A stretch of DNA of 64,000 nt, from NCBI GenBank assembly GCA_965238175.1, contig CBDEGZ010000003.1, positions 512,001 to 576,000 of the forward strand, read 5' to 3'. A program made the translations under genes and the position numbers. How positions within the stretch are numbered: the first letter of the stretch is position 1; each line of letters opens with the position of its first letter. This DNA comes from Gammaproteobacteria bacterium. GTDB taxonomy: Bacteria; Pseudomonadota; Gammaproteobacteria; CAJXQU01. Under the pieces are notes generated by a model. The model saw only the letters and a program-made list of their open reading frames with translations. It had not been told where the DNA came from and did not search any database. Below, in pieces: positions 32,091 through 43,141 of the stretch.

Positions 32091-32402
32091 ATGAGTTTCG
32101 ATCAATACGAGCGCGTGAGTAAGAACCCCAAGTTTCAGGAGTTGGTCAAAAAACGCTCGCGGTTAGCCTGGTGCTTATCTTCCATCATTTTAGTGATGTA
32201 CTTTTCATTTATTCTCTCCATTGCATTTGTACCGGAATTTCTTGGAATCCCAATTAATGAAAATAGTTTGATCACTATCGGAATACCAATTGGTGTTTTT
32301 ATCATTTTTATCTCCTTCGTTTTGACCGGCATTTACGTCAGGAAAGCCAATAGCGAATTTGATCTTCTCAATCAGAAAATTATTGATGAGGCGCAAGAAT
32401 GA
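32091..32402 (+). CDS. DUF485 (YjcH-like) membrane protein, ActP partner
   Basis: [23 protein letters not shown]; overlaps the actP start. Confidence 0.9.
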   Translation: MSFDQYERVSKNPKFQELVKKRSRLAWCLSSIILVMYFSFILSIAFVPEFLGIPINENSLITIGIPIGVFIIFISFVLTGIYVRKANSEFDLLNQKIIDEAQE

Positions 32403-34051
32403 GAACTTTATTTTTACTCATCGGCAGCCTATTTTCATCACTCGCATGGTGCACTGATACAATTCAAGGAGAAGTAGAAAAACAACCACTAAATATCTCT
32501 GCAGTGATTATGTTTTTGATCTTCGTTACCGGAACATTGGGTATTACTTATTGGGCGGCAAAACGTAACAAGACGGTCGCCGATCATTACACCGCAGGCG
32601 GCGGCATTACTGGGCTACAAAATGGCCTGGCCATCGCAGGCGACTATATGTCAGCCGCATCTTTTCTAGGAATTTCAGGACTGGTTTATTTATCCGGTTA
32701 TGACGGCTTACTGTATTCGATTGGTTTTTTAATTGGCTGGCCGTTGATCTTATTTTTGATCGCGGAAAGATTGCGTAACCTCGGTAAATACACTTTTGCC
32801 GATGTAGCGTCTTATCGTCTTGGCCAGATACAAATTCGTTCTCTGGCAGCCTTTGGATCACTCGCGGTAGTATCGCTTTATTTGATCGCACAAATGGTTG
32901 GCGCAGGAAAACTGATCCAGCTCTTATTCGGTTTACCTTACGAGATCGCCGTGATCCTGGTTGGAATTTTAATGATTTTATACGTCACCTTCGGCGGCAT
33001 GCTCGCCACGACCTGGGTGCAAATCATCAAAGCCATTTTGCTTTTATCCGGCGCTAGTTTTATGGCGTTTATGGTGTTGAAACATGTCAATTTTAATATT
33101 AACGAACTCTTTCAGCTAGCGGTTGATGCGCATCCAAAAGGCTTGGCGATTATGTCACCCGGTGGTCTGGTTTCTGATCCTGTCTCGGCGATTTCTTTGG
33201 GAATTGCTTTAATCTTTGGAACGGCAGGTTTACCACATATCCTGATGCGATTCTTTACCGTTGCTGATGCGAAAGAGGCTCGTAAGTCGGTTTTTTACGC
33301 AACAGGATTTATTGGTTATTTTTATATTCTTACCTTTATAATTGGTTTTGGTGCGATTGTATTAGTGCTCACAAATCCTGAATTTTTGGAAGCAGGTGGT
33401 AAATTGATCGGTGGAAATAATATGGCTGCGATCCATCTGTCCAAAGCAATCGGCGGGGATCTTTTTCTCGGGTTTATTTCTGCAGTGGCCTTTGCCACCA
33501 TCCTGGCTGTTGTATCAGGATTAACGCTTGCAGGCGCATCGGCAATCTCACATGACCTGTATGCTTGCGTGATCAAAAAAGGTCAAGTCACTGGTCATGA
33601 TGAAATTCGGGTTTCAAAGATAGCGACAGTCATCATCGGCATTGTTGCGATTATGTTGGGTATATTATTTGAACAACAGAACGTTGCTTATATGGTTGGG
33701 CTAGCCTTTGCAATTGCTGCCAGCGCAAATTTTCCGGTACTTTTTTTATCTATGTATTGGAAAAAGCTTACCACCCGCGGTGCCTTTATTGGTGGTTTTG
33801 CCGGCCTGCTAACCGCAATTATTCTAGTCATCATTGGCCCAATTGTCTGGGTTCAGATCCTCGGAAATGAGTCTGCTATTTTCCCTTATAAATACCCTGC
33901 CTTGTTTTCTGTCGGCACAGCATTCTTTTTAATTTGGTTCTTCTCAGTCACAGACAATAGCGAAAATGCCAAAAAAGAACGCATACTTTTTGATCATCAA
34001 TATATTCGTTCACAAACGGGTATCGGCGCCCATGGAGTCAGCGAGCACTAA
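32399..34051 (+). CDS. actP: Cation/acetate symporter
   Basis: [41 protein letters not shown]. Confidence 0.93.
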   Translation: MRTLFLLIGSLFSSLAWCTDTIQGEVEKQPLNISAVIMFLIFVTGTLGITYWAAKRNKTVADHYTAGGGITGLQNGLAIAGDYMSAASFLGISGLVYLSGYDGLLYSIGFLIGWPLILFLIAERLRNLGKYTFADVASYRLGQIQIRSLAAFGSLAVVSLYLIAQMVGAGKLIQLLFGLPYEIAVILVGILMILYVTFGGMLATTWVQIIKAILLLSGASFMAFMVLKHVNFNINELFQLAVDAHPKGLAIMSPGGLVSDPVSAISLGIALIFGTAGLPHILMRFFTVADAKEARKSVFYATGFIGYFYILTFIIGFGAIVLVLTNPEFLEAGGKLIGGNNMAAIHLSKAIGGDLFLGFISAVAFATILAVVSGLTLAGASAISHDLYACVIKKGQVTGHDEIRVSKIATVIIGIVAIMLGILFEQQNVAYMVGLAFAIAASANFPVLFLSMYWKKLTTRGAFIGGFAGLLTAIILVIIGPIVWVQILGNESAIFPYKYPALFSVGTAFFLIWFFSVTDNSENAKKERILFDHQYIRSQTGIGAHGVSEH

Positions 34052-34169
34052 ACTCTAAGCAAATAAAGAACAATCTCACTTACTGAATCAGGTAAATTGG
34101 CACGCTTTTCGTATAGGTCTAGTTCATTCACTAAGAAGCATACGGACAAATTATAATAAAGGCGGCTCC

Positions 34170-37094
34170 ATGTTAGAAACCACTGAACCAAACCTTTCTG
34201 AAGAAGATACATTTACTAAAGATTTATTAATGGCAAATCTCGAAAGTGCTGTTAGTCGAATTTTGCCCCGTTTTCAAAAGGAGATGCCTGAAGACTACTT
34301 CCATGCAGTTGATGAGGCTGATCAAATTGCACATATGAGTACACTGGCGACCAGTGGCCTTGCTGGAATTGAGCATAACCTGGTGTTAACAAGTGATTTT
34401 GGCCAATGTTATACCTTCATTAATCATAAGAATTACCACGGTCTCTTAAGCGAGTTGATCCACCAATTACCGAAAGATAAATCGCTACAATCTGCAAAGA
34501 TCTTCACCTCAAAAACAGGTGACGTGGTGATCGATATTTTCGACTTTTCACCACAACTTATATTTGAAACAAATAATCCCGATAACCATCAACGTCTCGA
34601 TCAATTAGTTGACTCCATCACCGAATATGAGCCTGATCTTGCGATGGAAGATCTAATCAAACTACTACATACCTGTTCTGAAGATTATGTAATGACAACG
34701 AGTGATCGACGACTTTGCCAACACTTTAGAATGATCCAACGTTTGTGGGGAACAGATGACGTAAAACTCGAAACACTGGCACATTCGAGAGAGGGGCTTA
34801 CCGATATTACGATTGGATTTGGTAATGGTGATACCAGAGAAGTTTTCGAACGTTTCTGCGCTTATCTTGGTCGACACAACATCAATATTCATCGTGCACA
34901 TTTTGAGACTTTCTTAAATGAACAAAATGAACGCGTTTCTCTTATTGGATTTCTGATTTCAGATGAGCACAAAGATAATATTGATCTAGACTGCCCAGAG
35001 TGGCAGCTCCACCTTAAATATTTGCAACAACTGCCTGCTTTAAACGATGATGCATTAACCTTGTACTTTGAAAATAATGATTGGTGTCTGCGCCATGCCG
35101 AGCTGCTTTATGCGATGGCTAGATTAGTTCAACAACGTTTATGCAAAATTGATCTTCATCAATTTTCTTTTGAGCGCATTTGCCAAGCATTCATTAAACA
35201 TCACAAATTATCACGTACAATTTTTGATTATTTATTGAAAAAATTTAAACCAGCAAAGTCCTCATTTATAGAAAAGAAAACATTACTTGTAGATAAAGAT
35301 TTAATTAACTTATCGGAAAGTGATATTGAAATCATACGTACTCTTGAACAAGCTGCACATTGTATTTTAAAAACCAATGTGCATTTTAGTTCTCGCTATG
35401 CGCTTGCCTTTCGTATTGATCCAAACTTTTTACAAGTTGCGGAACGAAACATTTTACCTCATGGCGTGTTTTTTATACATGGCAAAAATTTCATGGGATC
35501 TCATGTGCGATTCCGAGACATTGCTCGTGGTGGAATGCGTATTGTGCGACCACGAAATTTTGATGACTATCTGCATGAATCGGTCCGTTTGTATGATGAG
35601 AATTATGCTCTCGCCTATGCACAGCAGTTAAAAAATAAAGATATCCCAGAGGGTGGATCAAAAGGAGTATTACTGACTACACCCAATAGCGATCATGAAC
35701 AATCAGGTCGAGCCTACGCAAACAGTTTGCTTGATTTGATCTCCATCGATGAACAAACAAAATCGCAACTCGTCGATTATTATGGTAAAGAAGAACTACT
35801 CTATCTTGGTCCTGATGAAAATGTTTCTCCAACATTAATCGACTGGATCATTCAACGAGCACATTTTCGTCAATACCCAATGCCAAATACATTTATGAGT
35901 TCAAAATCTGCGACCGGAATTAATCATAAAATCTATGGTGTAACGAGTGAAGGTGTAACGGTATTTCTTGATGCTGCATTACGTCAAGATGGAATTGATC
36001 CTAGCCAAGATCAATTTACAATAAAAATTACCGGCGGACCCGATGGCGATGTTGCTGGAAATGAAATCCTGATCCTTGATCGTGAATATGGCGAGAATGC
36101 AAAAATAATTGGTATTGCCGACGGCAGTGGTACCGCAGAAGATCCGGGTGGTCTGGATCATCAAGAATTGATCCGTTTAGTTAAAACCAATTCACCTATT
36201 ATAGATTTTGATCCATCTAAACTTAGTGCCAAAGGTCATATTATAAATGTCGATACACCGGAAGGTATCCATGCAAGAAATACTATGCATTTCCGTCTAG
36301 TTGCCGACACATTTATTCCAGCAGGAGGCAGGCCGCAAGCGATTAATGGATCAAACTGGGAGCGATTTTTGCAGAAAGACGGTACGCCTACTAGCAAAAT
36401 TATTGTCGAAGGTGCAAACCTTTTTATTACTGACGAAGCCAGGAAAAAACTTTCAGAAACCGGTGTAATGATCATAAAAGATAGCTCGGCAAATAAATGT
36501 GGCGTGATCTGCTCCAGCCTCGAAATTCTTGCTGGTATGCTTGTTACAGAATCAAAGTTTGCTGAGATAAAATCACAGTACATAGAACAAATATTGTCTC
36601 GTTTACGCGCACTCGCAAAGTTGGAAGCAAGTGCACTTTTCCGTAGTCACATCCATCACCCACATTTAACGTTACCTGAATTGAGTATGGAATTGAGTAT
36701 TCAAATCAATCGTCTGCATGATGCGATTGCAGGATTAATTACAACGCCAACGCTAAAAGACCAACAACGAATGCATGCCTTGGTAGAACAGTATATTCCA
36801 GAAGTTTTATCAGGACTGGCAGGCCCAAAAGTTGTAAACAAAATACCCGTCATTTATACGCAACAAATCGTTGCTTCTGTTTTGGCTAGTCAAATTGTCT
36901 ATAACGAGGGTATTGATTATTGTCGTTATATGAATGAGGAAAATATGGCAGAGCTGGCACTCAAATACTTACATCATAAGGAAGACTTATCAGAATTAAT
37001 TGAGGCAATAAAAACGAATGATTTTGATCAAAAAGATCGAATGATAGCCTTGCTCAAAGCGGGTGGATCGAGCGCAGCAATAAAGCTTGACTAA
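34170..37094 (+). CDS. Large NAD-glutamate dehydrogenase (about 110 kDa type)
   Basis: HVRFRDIARGGMR, KNKDIPEGGSKG, LGPDEN, GINHKIYGVTSEG, TGGPDGDVAGN, EGANLF, KDSSANKCGVICSS. Confidence 0.9.
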   Translation: MLETTEPNLSEEDTFTKDLLMANLESAVSRILPRFQKEMPEDYFHAVDEADQIAHMSTLATSGLAGIEHNLVLTSDFGQCYTFINHKNYHGLLSELIHQLPKDKSLQSAKIFTSKTGDVVIDIFDFSPQLIFETNNPDNHQRLDQLVDSITEYEPDLAMEDLIKLLHTCSEDYVMTTSDRRLCQHFRMIQRLWGTDDVKLETLAHSREGLTDITIGFGNGDTREVFERFCAYLGRHNINIHRAHFETFLNEQNERVSLIGFLISDEHKDNIDLDCPEWQLHLKYLQQLPALNDDALTLYFENNDWCLRHAELLYAMARLVQQRLCKIDLHQFSFERICQAFIKHHKLSRTIFDYLLKKFKPAKSSFIEKKTLLVDKDLINLSESDIEIIRTLEQAAHCILKTNVHFSSRYALAFRIDPNFLQVAERNILPHGVFFIHGKNFMGSHVRFRDIARGGMRIVRPRNFDDYLHESVRLYDENYALAYAQQLKNKDIPEGGSKGVLLTTPNSDHEQSGRAYANSLLDLISIDEQTKSQLVDYYGKEELLYLGPDENVSPTLIDWIIQRAHFRQYPMPNTFMSSKSATGINHKIYGVTSEGVTVFLDAALRQDGIDPSQDQFTIKITGGPDGDVAGNEILILDREYGENAKIIGIADGSGTAEDPGGLDHQELIRLVKTNSPIIDFDPSKLSAKGHIINVDTPEGIHARNTMHFRLVADTFIPAGGRPQAINGSNWERFLQKDGTPTSKIIVEGANLFITDEARKKLSETGVMIIKDSSANKCGVICSSLEILAGMLVTESKFAEIKSQYIEQILSRLRALAKLEASALFRSHIHHPHLTLPELSMELSIQINRLHDAIAGLITTPTLKDQQRMHALVEQYIPEVLSGLAGPKVVNKIPVIYTQQIVASVLASQIVYNEGIDYCRYMNEENMAELALKYLHHKEDLSELIEAIKTNDFDQKDRMIALLKAGGSSAAIKLD

Positions 37095-37149
37095 TTTAAT
37101 GATGATGCTGATTAAAATTGCTAGTTAACAGTGATTTTAAAACAAAAAA

Positions 37150-38139
37150 CTAATCCCAAACAAGAGGCGCTTCATCCATCATTGCCGCTTGCTCTCGTAG
37201 TGAAAGAATATGTTCTTCCCAATAATTATCGGAATTAAACCAGGGAAATGCTTGCGGAAAAGCTGGGTCATCCCATCGCTTCGCTATCCAATAGGCATGA
37301 TGCATAATTCGCATTGTTCGCAATGCTTCAACGAGATTTAATTCTGCGCTATTAAATTCATAAAAATCTTCATATCCAATTAATAGATCTCCCAACCTTG
37401 CCGTCATATATTGACGATCACCAGATAAAAACATCCATAAATCTTGGATCACCGGTCCCATTCTCGCATCATCGAAATCGACGATATGTGGCCCATCACC
37501 TGTCCAAAGAATATTGCCCGGATGAAAATCACAATGCAATCTAAGTGTTTCAACATCACCAGCACGATTAAAACAGTTTTTTATTCTTTTGATTACATCG
37601 TCAGACAGACTTGCATAAGCCTTTTCAAGATGAACTGGAATAAAATTGTTATTGATCAAAAATTTTCTTGGTGTGATCGCATAATTCTGAATATTGATAC
37701 TCGGTCGATGCTCAAATTTCTGCGTTGCTCCTAGTGCATGAATTCGCGCAATAAACCTGCCCATTTGTTCAAGATGATCTGGATTATCCAACTCAGGGGC
37801 GCGGCCGCCACGCCGCTGGTAGATCGAAAAACGAAATGGGCCATACTGATGCAATGTTTTACCGTTATGAATAATCGGTGGGATCACCGGAATTTCTGCG
37901 GCGTTTAAAGCAAGTGTATATTCATGTTCTTCGAGAATCGCATCATCACTCCAACGCTGAGGACGGTAAAACTTTACGATTATTGGTTCGGCATCTTCTA
38001 AACCAATTTGATAAACACGGTTTTCATAACTATTGAGCGCTAATTGTCTTCCATCTGTTATTAATCCGATGGAATCTATCGCATCAAGAATTTCGTCGGG
38101 ACTAAGATTTTTGAAGGCTTCGGAAGCATCGTAATCCAT
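37150..38139 (-). CDS. srkA: Ser/Thr stress kinase YihE/RdoA
   Basis: LNSYENRVY, KFYRPQRW, RLHCDFHPGNIL, VDFDD, RWDDPAFP. Confidence 0.92.
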   Translation of the reverse strand: MDYDASEAFKNLSPDEILDAIDSIGLITDGRQLALNSYENRVYQIGLEDAEPIIVKFYRPQRWSDDAILEEHEYTLALNAAEIPVIPPIIHNGKTLHQYGPFRFSIYQRRGGRAPELDNPDHLEQMGRFIARIHALGATQKFEHRPSINIQNYAITPRKFLINNNFIPVHLEKAYASLSDDVIKRIKNCFNRAGDVETLRLHCDFHPGNILWTGDGPHIVDFDDARMGPVIQDLWMFLSGDRQYMTARLGDLLIGYEDFYEFNSAELNLVEALRTMRIMHHAYWIAKRWDDPAFPQAFPWFNSDNYWEEHILSLREQAAMMDEAPLVWD

Positions 38140-38864
38140 TATTCAGTTTGTTCTTTTGATCGCACCATGGCTACCAGTCGAGCGCGAACTTCTTCAGCAG
38201 TCTGTGCAGGCTCTGAAAAAGTCAACCTGACAATTTTTTCACCAAGGCGTAGATGGAACCCTTCTTCATCGATCCCGGCCATTTCAGGATCATGATCTCC
38301 AATTTCTATCTCTGCGTCGGCGCAATATTTTTTCATTGCATCAGCATGATCTTCATTCATATGTGTGATCATGCCCGCTTCTTGCTCTGCGGAGAAAGGA
38401 ATAGCTTTGAGTAATTTCTGAGATTCAATCCAATGGATCTTACCAAAGCCACCTATAAAGCGAGCTCGTACCACTTCGAGACGATAAAAATTAAAATCAT
38501 GTGTTTTATGATATCCACGTGACTGGGGGAAAAATTCGTAATAACGCTGGCCAGCCTGTTCTAAATCTTCTCCATCTAGCGGTTGGGCATCTGCAATCAA
38601 TGTCAGTCTTGCACCCGTTTGCACATCAACAACATCCTTTTCAGTTGTGATCAATGACATTTTAGGATTGGCTAAAATATTTTTTGTATGCTGTGCAATC
38701 GTACTGATCAAAATTATTGGCTGTCCAGTTTGATCCAGACAGTAAGGCACGATGGATCCAAATGGATAGCCTGGCATATCGACCGAGTGAGTAGATAAAA
38801 TTCCTTCAACATTTTCTAAAAGTAAGGCGCGAGCCTCAGTGCTAGCTTTCATAATTTTGATCAA
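38139..38864 (-). CDS. HugZ-like split-barrel heme/FMN-binding protein with DUF2470
   Basis: GYPFGS, IAQHTKN, IGGFG, HMNEDH. Confidence 0.85.
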   Translation of the reverse strand: MIKIMKASTEARALLLENVEGILSTHSVDMPGYPFGSIVPYCLDQTGQPIILISTIAQHTKNILANPKMSLITTEKDVVDVQTGARLTLIADAQPLDGEDLEQAGQRYYEFFPQSRGYHKTHDFNFYRLEVVRARFIGGFGKIHWIESQKLLKAIPFSAEQEAGMITHMNEDHADAMKKYCADAEIEIGDHDPEMAGIDEEGFHLRLGEKIVRLTFSEPAQTAEEVRARLVAMVRSKEQTE

Positions 38865-39343
38865 TCTCTGAAGTTAGTAAATTGTACAGGTTGCTCTAAC
38901 TTTTCTTCTCGTAACGTTGCCATTACTGCCTGTAAATCATCACGCTTTTTGCCGGTAACACGAACTTGTTCACCTTGAATGGCAGTTTGTACTTTGAGTT
39001 TTTTATCTTTGATCAATTTTACGATCTTACGTGCCATATCGGAGTTAATACCATGCTTGGCTGTTGCCGTCATGCGCACCCCTTTTCCTAACTTCGTGAT
39101 CTCGCCAAGATCAAGACAACTACTATCCAGTTTCCGACTGATCATTTTTACCTGTAAAATATCTACAACCTGTTTGATCTGAAAGTCGGCTTCGGCACTT
39201 AGCGTTAATTCCCTCTCGTTTTGTTCAACTTTAGTGTCCGTTCCTTTAAAATCGAAACGATTTGTGATCTCTCTATTGGCTTGATCAACAGCATTAGTTA
39301 ACTCGTGCTGATCAACTTCAGAAACAATATCGAATGATGGCAT
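38861..39343 (-). CDS. yajQ: YajQ nucleotide/c-di-GMP-binding protein
   Basis: MPSFDIVS, RFDFKG, RVTGKKRDDLQ, NFRD. Confidence 0.95.
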   Translation of the reverse strand: MPSFDIVSEVDQHELTNAVDQANREITNRFDFKGTDTKVEQNERELTLSAEADFQIKQVVDILQVKMISRKLDSSCLDLGEITKLGKGVRMTATAKHGINSDMARKIVKLIKDKKLKVQTAIQGEQVRVTGKKRDDLQAVMATLREEKLEQPVQFTNFRD

Positions 39344-39493
39344 GTATGCCTCCCACTTTTGCTTAATATTCAAATTCTATTTCGATGTCGGCTTACGCTA
39401 AACCGATCTACAAATTTGATGTTTGGTAAAATGTTTGCGCACTGAGAAATTTTATTTAAATCCTTTCATTGTGAATTTATTTTTATTCTTAAT

Positions 39494-39690
39494 AACCATC
39501 CTTAGTGTATCTCTCCGACCCGGCATCCATATTAGGCGTGCGGAATAATTATTGTCCAATGATATTTTATTCGTTCAAATTAATTACCAAATATGAGCTT
39601 TTATTTCTAAACCTTCCTTGGTGGATCTCTCCGGCCCGACATCCATGTCGGGCGTTCGAAAAAAATAATGTCCACTGGACATTATTTTTT
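39494..39690 (-). repeat. Two tandem copies (116-bp period) of a multi-hairpin repeat with GGA loops
   Basis: AACC(A/T)TCCTT(A/G)GT..ATCTCTCCG.CCCG.CATCCAT at 39494 and 39610. The intact copy has CCCGAC-ATCCAT-GTCGGG and ATAATGTCCA-C-TGGACATTAT. Confidence 0.7.
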
Positions 39691-39692
39691 TC

Positions 39693-40670
39693 TCACCCCT
39701 GTTCCAATAAATTTCTTAGATCAATAACGGCAGAATTTGCGCGAGAAAGATAAGATGCCATTACCAAAGAATAATTTGCAGTAAAACCAAAACCGGTTCC
39801 ATTTAAAACCACTGGACTCCAAGTGAAATCCTGAGTCGCTTCTAACTCTCGAATAATTTGACGCATACTCACCACGGCATTTTTCTTTTGTAAGACCTGA
39901 TTAAAATCAATTTCCATTGCATGCATCAAATGCGCTAACGCCCAGGCTGTGCCACGTGCTTCATAGAAAACATCATCAATTTCTAACCATGGGGTTTTGA
40001 TCTCTTGCATCATTGAAGAAGGCGTTGCTTGTGACGCTTCAGACTCACCTTGTAGATCGGTATTAATTCTAACTTGGCCGACACTTGCACTTAATCGTTG
40101 TGACAAGCTCCCTAGGCGTTTTTCGACTAAAGACAACCATTCACGCAAATTATCAGAGCGTGCATAAAATTGTGCGTCTTGATCATCCGAGTCTTGTAGT
40201 CTCGAAAGATATTTTTTAAGTGATTTAAGACCACTTTTATATTCTGTTTCAGTGGCAGGTAGCATCCACGATTCACTATCAAAATGCAGCTGCGGTTCTG
40301 CATCCATTAGATCTTTATCTTCGGTGGAGGTCGTTTGTGAACGACTAAGGTCATTTCGAAGTACACGAGCCATATCACGCACTTGCACCAGTACACCAAA
40401 TTCCCAGTTGGGGATATTATCCATAAAAAAGCCAGGTGACAGGATGTCATTGCTTAAATATCCACCACGTTTATTAAGCAAGGTTTCCGTTACTTCTATT
40501 AAAGTCGAAGTCGTTGTATAGCCAGTAACCGCTTTTTCTTGATCTGATCCCAAACGTGCAATCACTGCTTCTCGCACATCAAATGCATCTGGCTCAGTGT
40601 CCCAATAAAATATCATAACTAATATAAGAACGAGGAAAAGCCCGACGCCAATACCAATATATTTTTGCAT
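39693..40670 (-). CDS. DUF2333 family protein
   Basis: GGYLSND, DNIPNWEFG, FYARSDNL, IDDVFYEARG, ANYSLVMASY. Confidence 0.85.
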   Translation of the reverse strand: MQKYIGIGVGLFLVLILVMIFYWDTEPDAFDVREAVIARLGSDQEKAVTGYTTTSTLIEVTETLLNKRGGYLSNDILSPGFFMDNIPNWEFGVLVQVRDMARVLRNDLSRSQTTSTEDKDLMDAEPQLHFDSESWMLPATETEYKSGLKSLKKYLSRLQDSDDQDAQFYARSDNLREWLSLVEKRLGSLSQRLSASVGQVRINTDLQGESEASQATPSSMMQEIKTPWLEIDDVFYEARGTAWALAHLMHAMEIDFNQVLQKKNAVVSMRQIIRELEATQDFTWSPVVLNGTGFGFTANYSLVMASYLSRANSAVIDLRNLLEQG

Positions 40671-40755
40671 ATGAAAATACCCGATTAATTTATACTGATG
40701 AGGCTAAGGTAATTCAGTCGTTTGGGCAAGTGAGATGATGGTGAGTTTCTGTGGA

Positions 40756-41064
40756 TTATTTGATCGCGGTATTGATCGTATCGGTATTTCCCAGGTTATC
40801 GAGCCAAGTTAGGGCTAAAACATCTCCAGGTTGAGCCTCTTCCACATGAAAGGAGAAGAACGGGTTAGTCGAAATACCGGTGCCGACATAAGCACTCATC
40901 ACCAATTTATCATTCAATTTGCAGCTTACTTCTCGAATATGATGGATCGGTAGAATGTTTTGCGTTTTTGGATCTTTACGTCGCCCAGTTTCCATAGAAT
41001 GTCGAATGATGACGCCCACAGTTGTGATGCCATTTTCAGTTTTTGTACGAATTTTAATCGTCAT
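40756..41064 (-). CDS. soxZ: Sulfur carrier SoxZ
   Basis: HSMETGRRKD, GISTNPFFSF, WLDNLG. Confidence 0.88.
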   Translation of the reverse strand: MTIKIRTKTENGITTVGVIIRHSMETGRRKDPKTQNILPIHHIREVSCKLNDKLVMSAYVGTGISTNPFFSFHVEEAQPGDVLALTWLDNLGNTDTINTAIK

Positions 41065-41075
41065 GCTGAATCCTA

Positions 41076-41534
41076 TTATTCACAACCGCCTTTCAGCACT
41101 TCAATATATTTTTGATTAATATAGATTTCATCCTTTGTTTCGGCGACTACAATTACATTTGATGATTTTGCCAGTTTAATTCTGGTGCGTAAGAAATCAC
41201 CTTTACCTTTTCCATGAAATGAGAAGCGCGCCAGTAATGCGATTGGATTTTTTTCCGCAAGAAAACTGATCCTCTGAACATTCTCGATATCCGTTTTGAT
41301 CGTAACCGGAACAATTGCACCATTTTCTGCCCCGGGTGGCATTTCGATCACAACCTTGTCAGTTTTTTTGATCGGGCAATCACCGAATAATTCCTTCAAT
41401 ACGGCAGTGTGAGTTTCTTTTTCAAACGCCACTTTTGGCCATTTAGCCAAGACTTTTACAGGGAACAGTAGACTCGCTTTTAATAAGGCTGTAGAAGCAA
41501 TTATTGATCGGAGAAAATGGCGACGGGCATTCAT
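41076..41534 (-). CDS. soxY: Sulfur carrier SoxY-like protein (non-canonical C-terminus GGCE)
   Basis: Tat signal RRHFL, AENGAIVP, EKNP, TRIKLAK, terminal GGC. Confidence 0.85.
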   Translation of the reverse strand: MNARRHFLRSIIASTALLKASLLFPVKVLAKWPKVAFEKETHTAVLKELFGDCPIKKTDKVVIEMPPGAENGAIVPVTIKTDIENVQRISFLAEKNPIALLARFSFHGKGKGDFLRTRIKLAKSSNVIVVAETKDEIYINQKYIEVLKGGCE

Positions 41535-42976
41535 TCTTTTAGGCGTTCTTCTTCTTCAAGCTCTTTTTCAAATTGTTTTAATCGCGCTTGTACTCGTTGT
41601 TTATGATAATAATCGAGATTTTTTGCTCTCTCTGCACTCCTTAATTGATCACTGGCTAGTTGAGTATTACCACTGAGGTAATGATACTCCGCTAAGGCTA
41701 AATGTGAATCAACCATTGATCCCGAACGCCCCTCCGCTTCCGCCAGAAGCTCGTAATATTTTCGATCGGTTCCATTCTGAATACCAAAATCTAGCAGTAA
41801 TCCTTTTGCAGTTTCTATTTGATTAACCTGTAATAATGTTTTAACAAATTTCATCACAACAGGCTTATAGTTTGGATACAACCTATTTAATTGACTATAA
41901 ATTTCCACCCCTTCTTTATAGTTACCAGAATCGCTCTCGAGTTCCGCAAAGGCAAGTAAATAACTGATATTATTCTTATCTTTGTTTAATAGCACTTGCA
42001 GTTGATGGCGGGCTTTTTTATATTTTCCATTACGGCTTAACGCGAGTGCGTAACCATAGGTTGTTGCATCCTTAGATCCATAACTTCCTTCTTTTAATGC
42101 CGTTTCGAAAATTTTTACGGCTTGTCTTGGACTTTGAGCCGCCAACACTCTAATTCTTGCTTTTGCTAATAGAAAAGCATTGCTATTTTTATGATTGCGA
42201 GGTGGATATAGTTTCAAACGATTCTTGGAATCAGCGATACGTGAAAATGTGACTGGATGAGTACGAAGGTATTCTGGAAAAAATCTTGGATCACTTAAAC
42301 GATTTGCCGTTTGCAAACGTTGAAAAAAATTTGGCATACCCTCAGGATCAAATTCTGCTCGATATAATAAAGCCATTCCAACACGATCCGCTTCTTGCTC
42401 ATTAGCACGTGTAAAATTGATTTGAGACTGGGCACCTCCAGCTTGTATTGCTGTCAATGCTGCTATTCCAGCATCCGGGTTTGCTATGCCGACTAATAAA
42501 GATCCAATCGTCGCAACCGCAAGCGGTAAACTCAATTGGCTAGCTCGTTCAAAACTTCTCGCTAAATGACGTTGAGTCACATGCGAAATTTCGTGAGCAA
42601 GTACACCGGCTAGTTCACTTTCATTTTGAGCACTTAAAATAATGCCCGCATTAACCCCAATAAAACCACCCGGTGCGGCGAATGCATTAATCTCCGCTGC
42701 TGCCACTGTAAAAAACGTAAATTCCTGTCCAGCGCCATCACTATTTACAACCAATCTACGCCCTATTGCATCGAGATATTCTTGTGTTTCGAGATCATCC
42801 AGAATAGCACCAAAGCTTTGTAACCGTCGAAAAAATGCCGCTCCCAGTTGACGCTCTTTTTCCGGTGAAATAATAGTGGCAGTAGAATCACCGAAATCGG
42901 GTAATTCAAAAGCTGTTGCTGCCCAAACAAAGGTTGCAAACAGGCAACCTAGCAAGGTAGATAGTTGTTTTTGCAA
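41531..42976 (-). CDS. bepA: BepA/YfgC M48 metalloprotease with TPRs
   Basis: LPDFG, INAFAAPGG, AHEISHVTQRH, EQEADRVG, THP. Confidence 0.9.
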   Translation of the reverse strand: MQKQLSTLLGCLFATFVWAATAFELPDFGDSTATIISPEKERQLGAAFFRRLQSFGAILDDLETQEYLDAIGRRLVVNSDGAGQEFTFFTVAAAEINAFAAPGGFIGVNAGIILSAQNESELAGVLAHEISHVTQRHLARSFERASQLSLPLAVATIGSLLVGIANPDAGIAALTAIQAGGAQSQINFTRANEQEADRVGMALLYRAEFDPEGMPNFFQRLQTANRLSDPRFFPEYLRTHPVTFSRIADSKNRLKLYPPRNHKNSNAFLLAKARIRVLAAQSPRQAVKIFETALKEGSYGSKDATTYGYALALSRNGKYKKARHQLQVLLNKDKNNISYLLAFAELESDSGNYKEGVEIYSQLNRLYPNYKPVVMKFVKTLLQVNQIETAKGLLLDFGIQNGTDRKYYELLAEAEGRSGSMVDSHLALAEYHYLSGNTQLASDQLRSAERAKNLDYYHKQRVQARLKQFEKELEEEERLKE

Positions 42977-43141
42977 AATTTCAACCTGTCATTGTAAAAA
43001 GTATAAGACATTTATTAATACAAAATGTTCGGAGCTTCCAATTGTTAACACCGCCACATTTTCACTCATTAAGAATGCGAGGTAAAATCCTTTGTGAAAA
43101 TATACTCTTAATCAAACAAACTAGATCTGTAAAGGACCTGT

